Shown here: in pieces, positions 43,299 to 55,279 of the stretch
Position numbering within the stretch: position 1 is the stretch's first letter
Layout: each line of letters opens with the position of its first letter
Assembly (NCBI GenBank): GCA_051294375.1
Contig: CM119268.1
Coordinates: 23,664,035-23,728,034, forward strand
Origin: Paraspadella gotoi
Taxonomy: Eukaryota > Animalia > Chaetognatha
DNA: 64,000 nucleotides
Direction: 5' to 3'
The notes under the pieces: generated by a model
Told to the model about the DNA's origin: nothing
The model's input: only the letters and a program-made list of their open reading frames with translations
The model's database searches: none
Program-made: the position numbers and the translations under genes

Positions 43299-44154
43299 TC
43301 AAGCCCACGCGTCCTGCCTTCGTATTTCTCTCAATTGCATCGAGTCGCTTGATTCTATAGAAAAAAAAAGAAATCAAATAAAAAATCCCAATTTTCAACT
43401 TTTTTGGAGGTTTTCCGTTTAGTTACATTTAATGTTTGGAATTTTATTTATTTAACAAGGGCGTTATTTTCAAAAAGCGCCTATTTTCGGTTCTTTTATT
43501 CCTAAACTTAACGATAATAACAAACCGTAATCTACTAAAAAAACTCAAAACCGGTCACCTAATCCATAATCTTAATCCATAACGTAATCCCCAACCTAAT
43601 TCCTAAACCTAATCTCTGATTTAATCTAATATAAGATGAAATCGGGCGATTTTTGAAAATATGACCGTACATAGTTCCTTAAGTTTGGTATTGTCAAACG
43701 TGTGATATGTTGTTTTATTTTCATGACTCAGAAATGACAACAACAACAAAAACAACAACAACGACGACTCACCTCCCTCGTCGTCTACTAACAAAGGACC
43801 GACTTTGTCTCTGTCTCCCTTTTTCTTGAGGAGACAAGCGCAGACAGAGAGAGAGACGATGACGATGAATGCTATGACGCCTGTGACGATGGCGGCGACG
43901 GCCCCATCTTTGAGGCCTGAACCAATCAAAAGAACCAATCATTTATTTTCGATTGCGAAAAAGAAGTAATCGATCAATCAATCAATCGATGCAATCAATA
44001 AATCAATCGATCAATCAAACAATCAATCGATCAATCAATCATTCAATCGATCAATCAAACGATCAATCAATCAACAATCAATCAATAATTCGATAACAAT
44101 CAATCAATCAAACAATCAATCAATCAATAAATCATATCAATCAATCATCAATCA

Positions 44155-44185
<31 letters not shown>

Positions 44186-44364
44186 TCAATCCAATTGATC
44201 AATCAATGATCGATCAATCATCATTGATCAATCAATACAATCAACAATCAATCAATCAATCAATCGATCAATCAAGTCAATCGATCAATCAATCAATCAA
44301 TCATCAATAATCTCGATCAAGCAATCCAATCAATCAATAATTCGATCAATCAATCAATCAATCA

Positions 44365-44395
<31 letters not shown>

Positions 44396-44548
44396 GGATC
44401 CAATCAATCATCGATCAATCAATCAATCAATCAAGTCAATCGATTCAATCGATCAATCAATCATCAATCAATCAATCAATAAATCAACTCAATTGATCAA
44501 TCAATGAATCGATCAATCAATCATTCGATCAATCAATCATCGATCAAG

Positions 44549-44580
<32 letters not shown>

Positions 44581-47500
44581 ATCAATCAACCAACCAACCA
44601 GCGATCCATTGATTCAGCCAATCAATCAAAGTTCGAATAAGTTTGAAAAGCCAATCAAATTTCCGACTTGAATAACCAACCCAACAAAAATCATACAAAA
44701 AAGCAACAAACAATCAATTTTTTTTAATTCGACAACCAACCAATGAAAGATCCCAATAATCAACCAGCCAATCACACGGATCCAAATCATCGAGCGAACC
44801 AATCAGATTCAACCAAATCACCCGTCGGTGCCGTGACGGGGGGCGCCTGTGTGGGCGACCCTGTCGGGGAGTCTGTCGTCGGAGGAGAGAAACCGAAGTT
44901 GAAGGAATTTGGGATGGAAGTTCGTTGGACGCCGTCGATGGTCACTTTATATTGACCCTGAAATCGAAAGGATGAAGTTGTGGTTCGTTAATTTGGCGAT
45001 ATTAACTGAAAAAAAGCCTTGTTTCTGTATCTAATCCACAAAAAAAATAATTTTATTTAAAAAAAATTATTTAATCTTAAAACTTAGTCCCTAACCTAAA
45101 CCTAATCCCTAACCTAGTCTTCTAACCTTAAACCCTAATCTTTTACCCTATTCCTTAACCGAAACATCTAACCAAATTACTAACCCAAACTCTTATCTAA
45201 TCCCTAACATAATTCATATCATTAACTCACTTCTGAATGAGCTCTATTTTAATGCTTTTTAGCCAAAGTCAGTCATTCTCTGATTCAATCAAAATTGATT
45301 AAATTACATATTGGTTGTACCAATACTTTATCAATTTTATACATATTGTTTGTACCATGTATATTGATTCAACCAATTTAATTCAGGATTGTAAAGCGGT
45401 AATGAATTACCTGGTTAACAGCATTTTGCACTGTTGTAATTCTACTGAGAAAATTGTCGCCTTCGAATTGAATTATTTCAATTATGACGATGATGCTTCC
45501 TGTGAAGAGTAAATAAAACAAGTTTTAGCATTATTGAGTAGGGTGTTGCGATAAATAGATTTAGCGAGTCAACGATATTTTTTAGCTGCCTCAATATATA
45601 TATTTAGAGTGATAGTAGTGAAAATTATATTATGAAATTGGTACAACCAATATAAAAATTATCCATTCATTTAATAAATAAGCTATCTTGCCCCTGACTT
45701 ATGTTATATTACACTATATATATTATATTATATATTATATTATATAATATATTATATTATATATTATATAATATATTATATTAAAAGATTAAATTATATT
45801 TTCTTGTAGTAATATCCTTATAAATTCGTAAAGTTTCAAAGTGTTTTTTTTACTTCAAAAACAGAATTGGATTCTTCAAAAAAAATTTGTTTTTTAAAAT
45901 ATGTTATATAATATTTTAATGTTAAGGTTGCGAAAAATTCTTATTGTTTATTAACTCAAATCCAATTTTTGTTCTTGAGAGCTCCACTCTATTTATTCAA
46001 GCCTGGAACCTTCCTTCGAACAAAAACACCCTGTACTTGTTCCTGCAGCCATCCTGCTTACCATCTTTGACGTCCCTTAGTTTGATTTGATCCTTGACAG
46101 AATCCATTCCGCTCCATCGAGATACTTCATTAACAATGGACTCGTTCGCGCTCGCCTTGTCATTGACAGCCGACCAGCTTCCCTCCAATTTGAAATTGCA
46201 AGGAATGGAATCGATCTGAGGTCTGACAATCGCTTTGATTTCCAGTTGTTGCGCAGGAACAGTGGATGTGACGCCGCCAAAGGTCATTTCCGCGGTTCCA
46301 TTGGCCACGGAAGTTTTGAAAGTTTCCAACGAAGCGGCCAAAGCCTCGGTCGGGTTTGTTCCGTTCACGGCGTTCGTAGTGTTGGGTTCAACAACGATGT
46401 TGGCTTGTACGTTCTGGGGGACAGCCCGACGCTTAGCAGTGGCTGAAAGAAGAAAATATGAGGTACGTAGAAAAAAATTTAAAAAAAAGATTAAAATAAA
46501 TATCATTTTGAAAGTGAATTTGAAAATTGATGGGAAATCTTATTCAATTGTTTTTACAAATTAAATATGTATTTATAATATTACTCCCGGAGCCACTCTA
46601 GAAGTCACTTTTCGGTCGGTCTGTAGTCATGTAGTCATGTGACCACAGGGAAATACATGTGAAAAGAAAGTCACTGTGGCGCAACACATTGGATGGACCG
46701 ATCTTGTTTAAATTTTTTTTTTTGTAAATGCAAAAACCAGTCTAATTGAAGACATGCATTTTATAAGCAAATATTAATGTAAAATAATAAATTTTATTCT
46801 CCAAAACAATCAAAAAAGCTTGTCTTCGGATTTGAAACTAATATTGCTAATTTCCGTCAATACCATTGGGACACATTTTATGACACAACTTTAATATTTA
46901 ACCTCCGTACTTTCATTTGTTTCCCTTTTACCTAAAGTGAGGCTACAATTATTGACGATGGCATTTTCTCCCAAGTTAGCTTGCGATGACCTCACGCAGT
47001 CCTCCTCCTTCTGCCTCTTGTCCGTATCGTTGTTTAAATCAACTACAATGCTCAAGGTCATAACCAATTCAGTCTTCTCAACAGGAGCAGGTAAAGGTGC
47101 CTCGGTGACAGCTGGTTCCGGCGTCGTCGTTGGCGCTTCAGACGTTACCATGGCGACTTGGGTCGTCGTTGTGGCCACAATCTGAGAGATCGAGGTTGTG
47201 GGCGAAGCAGTAGATGCAGAAGCGGATTCAGATGCAGATGATGATGACTGAATCAAGTCGGTCAAAGAAACAGTCGCAGTCAATGAAGTTGTTGACTGAT
47301 AAGCAATGGAGTCCGTGGAAAATGAAGGAAGACTCGTTTCCGCTGTTGCAGAGGGAAGACTCTGTTCGACAGAAGTAGATGCCTCAATAATTGATTGAGG
47401 TGTGCTTGTGGTTGTGACCGAATCAACGATTGATTGTGGTGTAGCAGTTGGTGTTGTTGTTTCTGGACTTGATGGAGATATAGATGTAGCAGTTGGTGTG

Positions 47501-50500
47501 GTTGTTTCTGTACTTGGAGATATAGATGTAGCAGTTGGTGTATTTGATTCTGTACTTGATGGAGAAATGGATGGAGCAGCTGGTGTTGTTGTTTCTGTAC
47601 TTGATGGAGACATAGATATAGCAGTTGGTGTGGTTGATTCTGTACTTGATGGAGAAATGGATGTAGCATTCGGTGTGCCTGATTCCGTAGTTGATGGAGA
47701 AATGGATGTAGCATTTGGTGTGCTTGATTCCGTACTTGATGNNNNNNNNNNNNNNNNNNNNNNNNNNNNNNNNNNNNNNNNNNNNNNNNNNNNNNNNNNN
47801 NNNNNNNNNNNNNNNNNNNNNNNNNNNNNNNNNNNNNNNNNNNNNNNNNNNNNNNNNNNNNNNNNNNNNNNNNNNNNNNNNNNNNNNNNNNNNNNNNNNN
47901 NNNNNNNNNNNNNNNNNNNNNNNNNNNNNNNNNNNNNNNNNNNNNNNNNNNNNNNNNNNNNNNNNNNNNNNNNNNNNNNNNNNNNNNNNNNNNNNNNNNN
48001 NNNNNNNNNNNNNNNNNNNNNNNNNNNNNNNNNNNNNNNNNNNNNNNNNNNNNNNNNNGCTTGATTCCGTACTTGATGGAGAAATGGATGTAGCATTCGG
48101 TGTGCTTGATTCCGTACTTGATGGAGAAATTGATGTAGCATTCAGTGTGCTTGATTNNNNNNNNNNNNNNNNNNNNNNNNNTAGCATTCAGTATGGCTGT
48201 GATCCTACTTGAGAAAATGGTTGTGTAGGCATTGGTGTGCTATTTGATATATCCCGTAGTTTTTTTTTATATTGTTTTTTTTTTTTATTGTTTTTTTTTT
48301 TTTTTTTTTGTGTTTTCCTTGGATGGGGGAAATGATGTAGCATTTGAGTGTGCTTGATTCCGTACTGATGGAGAATGGGTGTAGCATTGGTTTGCTTGAT
48401 TCTCGTCTTGATGTAGAGCTTTTGAGGTGTAGCATTCAGTGGTGCTTGATTCACGTACTTGGAGAAATGGTTGTAGCAGTTGGTGTGCTTGATTCCGTAC
48501 TTTATGGGGAAATGAATGTAGCATTTGTGTGCTTGATTCCGTACTTGAGTGGAGAAAATGGATGTAGCATTCGGTGTGCTTGATTCCGTACTTGATGGAG
48601 AAATTGATGTAGCATTCAGTGTGCTTGATTCCGTACTTGGAGAAATGGTTGTAGGCAGTTGGTGTGCTTGTTCCGTACTTGATGGGGAAATGAATGTAGC
48701 ATTTGGTGTGCTTGATTCCGGTACTTGATGGAGAAATGGAATGTAGCATTCGTGTGCTTGATTCCGTACTTGATGGAGAATTGATGTAGCATTCAGTGTG
48801 CTTGATTCCGTACTTGATGGAGAAATGGTTGTAGCAGTTGGGTGTGCTGATTCCCTACTTGATGGAGAAATGGATTCGCAGTTGTTGTGCTTGATTCAGT
48901 ACTTGATGGAGAAATGGTTGTAGCAGTTAGTGTGCTTGATTCCGTACTTGATGGGTAAAATGGATTGTCCCAGATAGAGTGCTTGATTCCGTACTATGAT
49001 GGAGAAATTGGAGATGTAGCATTCGGTGTGCTTGATTCCGTACTTGATGGAGAAATTGATGGAGCATCGTGTGCTTGATTCCGTACTTGATGTGAGAAAA
49101 TGGTTGTAGCAGTTGGTGTGGCTTGATTCGGTACTTGATGGGAAGATGAATGTAGCATTTGGTGTGCTTGATTCCGTACTTGATGGGAGAATGGATGGCG
49201 CAGTTGTTGTGCTTGATTCCGTACTTGATGGAGAAATGGTTGTAGCAGTTGTGTGCTTGATTCCGTACTTGATGGGAAATGAATGTAGCATTCGGTGTGC
49301 TTGATTCTGTACTTGATGGAGAAATGGATGTCGCAGTTGTTGTGCCTTGATTCAGTACTTGATGGGAGAAATGGTTGTAGCAGTTGGTGTGCTTGATTCC
49401 GTACTTGATGGAGAAATCGATGTCCCAGATAGAGTGCTTGATTCCGTAATTAATGGAGAATTGGATGTAGCATTTGGTGTGCTTGATTCTGTACTAGTTG
49501 GAGCAATGGTTGTAGCAGTTGGTGTGCTTGATTCCGTACTTGATGGAGAAATGGATGTAGCATTCAGTGTGCTTGATTCCGTACTTGATGGAGAAATGGA
49601 TGTATCATTTGATGGAGAAATAGATGTCGCAGTTGGTGTGCTTGATTCCGTACTTGATGGAGAAATGGATGTCGCAGTTGGTGTGCTTGATTCCGTACTT
49701 GATGGATAAATGGATGTATCATTTGGTGTACTTGATTCCGTACTTGATGGAGAAATTAATGTAGCATTCAGTGTGCTTGATTCCATACTTGATGGAGAAA
49801 TGGATGTCGCAGTTGGTGTGCTTGATTCCATACTTGATGAAGATATGGACATAGCAGATGGTGTGCTTGATTCCATACCTGATGATATGGATGTTGCAGT
49901 TGGCATGGTTGATGCTGTACTTGATGGAGATATGGATGTAGCAGTTGTGATTGAATCTGAATTTGATGGATAAATGGATGTTGAGGTGACGGAGTCCAAA
50001 CTTGATGAAAATGAATCCATACCTAATTGATTTGTAACTGTAGTATTTGGTGAGACATAACTCACACTAGATTGTGGTGTGTCTGTAGATGTTGAGACAG
50101 AATCCATACTTAATTGATTTGTAACTGTAGTATTTGGTGAGACATAACTCACACTAGATTGTGGTGTGGCTGTAGATGTTGAGACAGAATCCATACCTAA
50201 TTGATTTGTAACTGTAGTATTTGGTGAGACATAACTCACACTAGATTGTGGTGTAGCTGTCGATGTTGAGACCGAATCCATACTTAATTGATTTGTAACT
50301 GTAGTATTTGGTGAGACATAACTCACACTAGATTGTGGTGTGGCTATAGATGTTGAGACAGAATCCATACTTAATTGATTTGTTGCTGTAGTTGTTAGTG
50401 AAACAGACATTTCACTAAATACTAGTGCGGCTGTAGATGTTTGAAACGTATCCATAGTTGAAAATGAAATGCTTGGTTGCAGCATCTCGCTCGATGAAGT

Positions 50501-50575
50501 GACGCTAGACGCTGTTGATTCATTTTGCAACAACACCAAAGTCATGAGATAAAACAATAGTTTTATGGTTTGCAT
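43299..50575 (-). CDS. Membrane-tethered mucin-like type I glycoprotein with SEA-like domain
   Basis: Exons (minus): 50575-46932 (signal peptide MQTIKLLFYLMTLVLLQ plus S/T/P tandem repeats; interior gapped and error-rich), 46442-46062, 45499-45411, 44957-44822, 43916-43773 (TM AVAAIVTGVIAFIVIVSLSVCACLL-KKK), 43354-43299 (..RRQDAWA*). Splice phases are consistent, and the exon2/3 junction gives KDG-SIIVII, resembling the SEA G-SVVV motif. Confidence 0.85.
43968..44630. repeat. (TCAA)n/(ATCG) compound microsatellite in mucin intron 4
   Basis: Seen directly. Confidence 0.9.
47440..49960 (-). repeat. 48-bp coding VNTR (SSTESSTPNATSISP-type, 16 aa) of the mucin
   Basis: Plus-strand unit gtgcttgattccgtacttgatggagaaatggatgtagcattcggt repeated dozens of times, with gaps. 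Confidence 0.9.
50012..50395 (-). repeat. 87-bp coding repeat x4 (SVSTSTATPQSSVSYVSPNTTVTNQLSMD)
   Basis: Seen in the ORF 49352-50575 translation and in the DNA. Confidence 0.9.
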
Positions 50576-50734
50576 TGTCTTTTTCGGTTTCTTTTTAATC
50601 TGAAAATGAAAATGGTAGACAGAAAATATTTTTTAAAAAATTACATGATCTTTTTGGTAATTTAATTAATTGGCAATTGGTTTTGGATTTAAATTGGTTA
50701 TATATAGGTTATATATCTCATTGATGATTATGAA

Positions 50735-50872
50735 TTTTTTAGTCGGATCTGCTTATAAGCAGATCCTGACTCTATAATTCACTTTGTCGGTCTGTCGGTC
50801 CGCCCCCTCAATCTTGTCGGGCATTAACTTATTTCATGCAGAACATCAAATTATGAAAAAAAAATGATGTCC

Positions 50873-50919
<47 letters not shown>

Positions 50920-51365
50920 CATCCCAACTTAACAAAAAACACCAATTACTCGTGAATATATTGATGGATTAAAATTAATTTTTGTTTGTTGTTAGGAAAG
51001 CGTGTGATTAAGCTGGAAATAAAGTTTCGATGGAATCGTTTGAGAGAAACTGAATTTAAATGAAAAAAAACAAAAAAATGGTTTCACTAATTGATTATGC
51101 TTCTTTTTCTTTCTATATTAAATGTAAATGCAAGATGTATAAATTAATCAAATAATTAATCAATTAATTAATCAATTAGTCAATTAATTATTCAATTATT
51201 AATTAATCAGTAAATTAATCAATCAAAAACAAACATTTTGGATCAAGTTAATTATTTAATTAACTAATTAATTAATTACCTTGAATTAATTAATTATTAA
51301 TTAATTATAATTATTTAATAACTGATAATGATCGTGGGCAGATCCGACATTGTTTGCTCAAACTT
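50735..51365 (+). mobile_element. DINE-1/pearl-like non-autonomous element, apparently full length
   Basis: 5' T-run then agtcggatctgc-ttataa-gcagatcc hairpin, (GTCT)n/(GTCC)n microsatellite at 50869-50920, and 3' atcgtgggcagatccgacattgtttgctcaaac. A truncated second copy starts at ~51380. Confidence 0.7.
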
Positions 51366-52094
51366 CTTAATAAGTTAATTTTTAGCCAGATCTTCTTACA
51401 GCAGATCGCGACTCAAGAATTCACTTTGTCGGTCTATCGGTCCGCCCCATAAATCTTGTCGGTAAGTCACTTAGATAATATCAGAACATCGAATTATAAT
51501 AGATTAAGCAATTATGCATTATATCTTTAAATATTGTCTGTCAATTTGATGTTAATATGTCATCATTGTGTCTTTGTAACGATAAAACCAAATTAAATTA
51601 TTAAATTCATGTTAATTTTTAATGGCAAATTTTAATACACGAAGATGCAGTCGTTTTCACAGCATTTAATCTACCGGGTGAAATAGTTTGGCTTTTATCT
51701 GGAATTGGATCAAAGTGATGAATTCCAAGAAAAATGAAAGAAGGAACCAAAAAAAAATAAAAATAAAAATGTCGTAACTAAGAAGAAACGAATTCGTGTT
51801 TTGTCAACGGAATCAAAACCTCATGAGAGATCTCAACCACGATTGGTCCTTTTTCGGTTTGTTTTTGGCGATTTGAGAAAAATAGTTTACTCGCTCTCTC
51901 GTCTCTCTGCATCTCTCGTACTCAGTCTCTCTGACTCTCCTCTCTCTCTCTCTCTCTTTCCTTTTTTTTTTCTTTCTTTCTTTCTTTTCTTTCCTTCTCT
52001 TTCTGTGTTTCTTCAGTTTCTTGTCTCATTCTCTCTCTCCTTTTTCGCCTCTCTCTCTTTCCTCCTCCCCTCTTCTCTCATCTCTCTCTCTAGT

Positions 52095-52144
<50 letters not shown>

Positions 52145-52218
52145 TCTTCTTCATCTCTCTCACTCTTCTCTCTCTCTCCTCTCTGCTCTCTCCTTCTTCT
52201 CTTCTCTCTCTCTCGTCT

Positions 52219-52258
<40 letters not shown>

Positions 52259-52988
52259 AGCGTGGGCGAGTCCATCCCAGATGCGTGCGCCAAAAACCAA
52301 AAGCGACGTTTCCCTTAATTTACTTATCGGTCGGATGTTGTAATCAATAAAACCAGGAAGAGAGAAAAAAAAGAAAATATTAAATGATTAAAGAAAAAAG
52401 GAAAAGGAAACATATATGGTAAAGGGATAAAATCAATTTGAGGAAGTAAAAGGCAATTTGACTGATATAATAAATGAATTAAAGAAAAGTCAAATGAATG
52501 AATGAATGAATGAAAAAAATATATAATGAAGCATAAATGAATAAATAAATGATTTAATAAATAATTAAAGAATGAATTATTAAATAAAAGAATATATATA
52601 AAAATGAATAAATAAATGAATGAATAGTAGAATAACTAAATGAATGAATCAATTGAATGTATAAATAAAATAATAAATTATAAAAGAAATAAATAACTAT
52701 TCTTTTAGCATCTTCTTCTAATGGAGTACAAAGCAGAAAAACAATTTTTCAAATATTTCGACGTATTTTTCTATATTTCTATGTTTTTATGTCTTCCGCA
52801 GTGGAAAAAAATGTTGTTTTTTTTGGCACTGGCCTCCATTATGATATTAAACGTTTTCATCAACAAATAAATAATTTCAAAAAAAAAAAAAAAAAAAGCC
52901 GGAAGAAAAAAGTCTCCAAAGAATCGGGCAGCATTACCCTTTTCTTATTTAAAGGAATTTCGAAAAATCGAGAAATGATCGTTGACGC

Positions 52989-53019
<31 letters not shown>

Positions 53020-53156
53020 AACTACGACGACGAAACGGCAACATGTCAATGACGTTTCCTAAAGGTGAGGTTCTCTCCTTTTTCTATTTCGATCGGAACG
53101 AGAAAAACAAGTTTTTGTTTTTCGATCGAAACAAATTTGTGAAAAGACAAAAGATA

Positions 53157-53177
53157 ATTATTATTATTATTATTATG

Positions 53178-53249
<72 letters not shown>

Positions 53250-53250
53250 G
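53157..53250. repeat. (TAT)n microsatellite
   Basis: Seen directly. Confidence 0.9.
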
Positions 53251-53446
53251 TTGTTGTTCCTGTTATTAATGTTTTTGTACATACCTGATTATAAAAATTG
53301 CAAAACTACTTGTTAACTCTAACCCTAAACCTCTTATTGCATCGGTATATTTGTCATCATTATATCAATTTATCAATAATGAAAAAAGTCTTAACTTCGG
53401 ACGTTTGAAATTTTAAATTTTTGACATTTCATAATTATAAGGACAC

Positions 53447-53880
53447 TAGCTATTAGAGCGTAGTGAAAGTTACATACGAAAATTCTAAATTTCAATTATG
53501 AACAACATATTATCAGTGAACATTACTTTAAAAAAAAATTATGTTCTTCAATATTCGCAGTAGGCTATATTTATATTTAGTACTGTCCTTATAAAATCGA
53601 AACATGTTAAAATATGCTTTTCTTGAATACCTCGTCATAGTTGTTAAAAAAAATTTAAATCATTTTTAAAAATTCTCTCATTAGGTGGGTTAAAAATTAA
53701 AAAAACTATATTTAATATATACAATTTTAATTTTCAGCTTATGGCCTACTGCGTAAATTAAAAATATTATTATACATTTTTTTATACATAAATGTTCATT
53801 AGTATAATGTTGTTCATTCCTCACTTTTAGAAGTTTAATTAAAGTTAAATTTAAATTTTTTACTACGCTTTACTAGCTAT
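53447..53880. mobile_element. Foldback MITE with long imperfect TIRs
   Basis: tagctattagagcgtagtgaaa / ttttactacgctttactagcta; inner pairs atgaacaacatattat..gtgaacatt / aatgttcattagtataatgttgttcat and cgcagtaggc / gcctactgcg. Related ends at ~6403 and ~37465-37497. Confidence 0.55.
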
Positions 53881-55279
53881 GTTTAAAGATAAGATAAAAA
53901 AAATGAATGCATAAGTTGATCGAAATAGAAAATGATTCATTGATACAGAATTAATGATTCAAGTTGAATGAATCTACAAGTAGCACCTGGAATCGAAATT
54001 CATAATTCACATTGCCAATTCTGACACTGGAAACATTGGTAACTAACTAAAAGTAAGTTCTGTCTAGTCTCTCCCCAGGTAAAAGAGGTAAGTAAGGATA
54101 TGGAGTAGAGCGTTGAAAAATAACAAAATATAACAAATCAAGTGAGTCCATAGCATTTAAAAGTGAATGTAAGTCGTAGAATCGATGGTGATGACCATTT
54201 TTTTGTCATAATTTTATCTTCTGCGAAAGCGGTTTAAGATCAAAATGTTATAAAATAGTAAAATGCCCATAATAAGTAATGGATAAATCAAAATTAAAAT
54301 TAAAAATTATATGAGCGTTTGAAATATAAAAATAAAGACTACATATAAATATTTGGTAAGTTTATTTACAATATGTTTATAAACTTATAATAAGTTTGAC
54401 TACTATTTATTATAAGATACATGATAAAAATGAGCTAAAGTAAAAAATAAATAATTTCAAAAATGTTCATGGATGCATTCTCTGGAAGAAAGTTGATACC
54501 ACACTACTAAGAACCAATATAATTTTATATAAATATTCATTAACCTTGGCCTAAATCAAAAACTAAAAATTAAGCCCAAAAAGAAAATAACAAAAATAAT
54601 AGTTTTAATTATTTAAAAAAACCTACTATGATAAGATTTTTTATCAATGGATATTACTTTCTTATAACTAACTTTGTAAGGAAATCAATAGTGGTAATAA
54701 CCTTCTGTTCGTGTATGTATTCTGGCAAAATGAGCGTTTGTGCAGCAACGAATTTATTTAATTCATAGAAAATGGCGTAACAGTTACGGCTGATTCAAAA
54801 GGCTGAATCCAAAGCCGAAACGATTCACGTTCTATATAAGCAAAATAAAATTCGTTGTGAAACAAAAATCAATTTGCCCACATGAAAGAAGCAACCGGTC
54901 TTAAAATTTTAACAATTATTTTCACTTAGCCTTTCTTTATTAATTAAAAATAAGCAGACGAAACATTAATAAATATACAAAGTGTAACATAAACCTACCA
55001 ATAATATTATTATGGTCTTATTCAAATAGTAAGTAAAATATGGCTTGATAAAAGAATATTGAGTTCTATCACCACAATTGCTCCATTTTAATAGCACTTA
55101 TAGCTGAAAAACGCCATTTTCCGACAAAAAAGAAGAGACCAAAAAAATGGTTACCATCACTCTAATCTACAGCACTTAACACTAAAAAGCTATGTACTCA
55201 CTTGAATTGTAGATTTCTATTTTCAACGCCCCGAAGAATGAGTTAATAATCACAAGTATAGTAAAAGCGGTTATGTAAA

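Noticed and set aside
45085-45215. Telomere-like CCCTAA/CCTAA tracts (also ~43560, ~41000, ~29750)
   Set aside because: Short and highly degenerate low-complexity tracts, not true interstitial telomeric arrays.
48180-49370. Frameshifts in mucin exon 1 suggesting a pseudogene or programmed frameshifting
   Set aside because: Indels are confined to a gap-adjacent repeat segment, while flanking repeats and all downstream exons are clean; consistent with unpolished sequence.
47402-49973. Plus-strand V/D/G-rich ORFs
   Set aside because: Antisense shadows of the S/T/P mucin repeats; the signal peptide and splice structure are on the minus strand.
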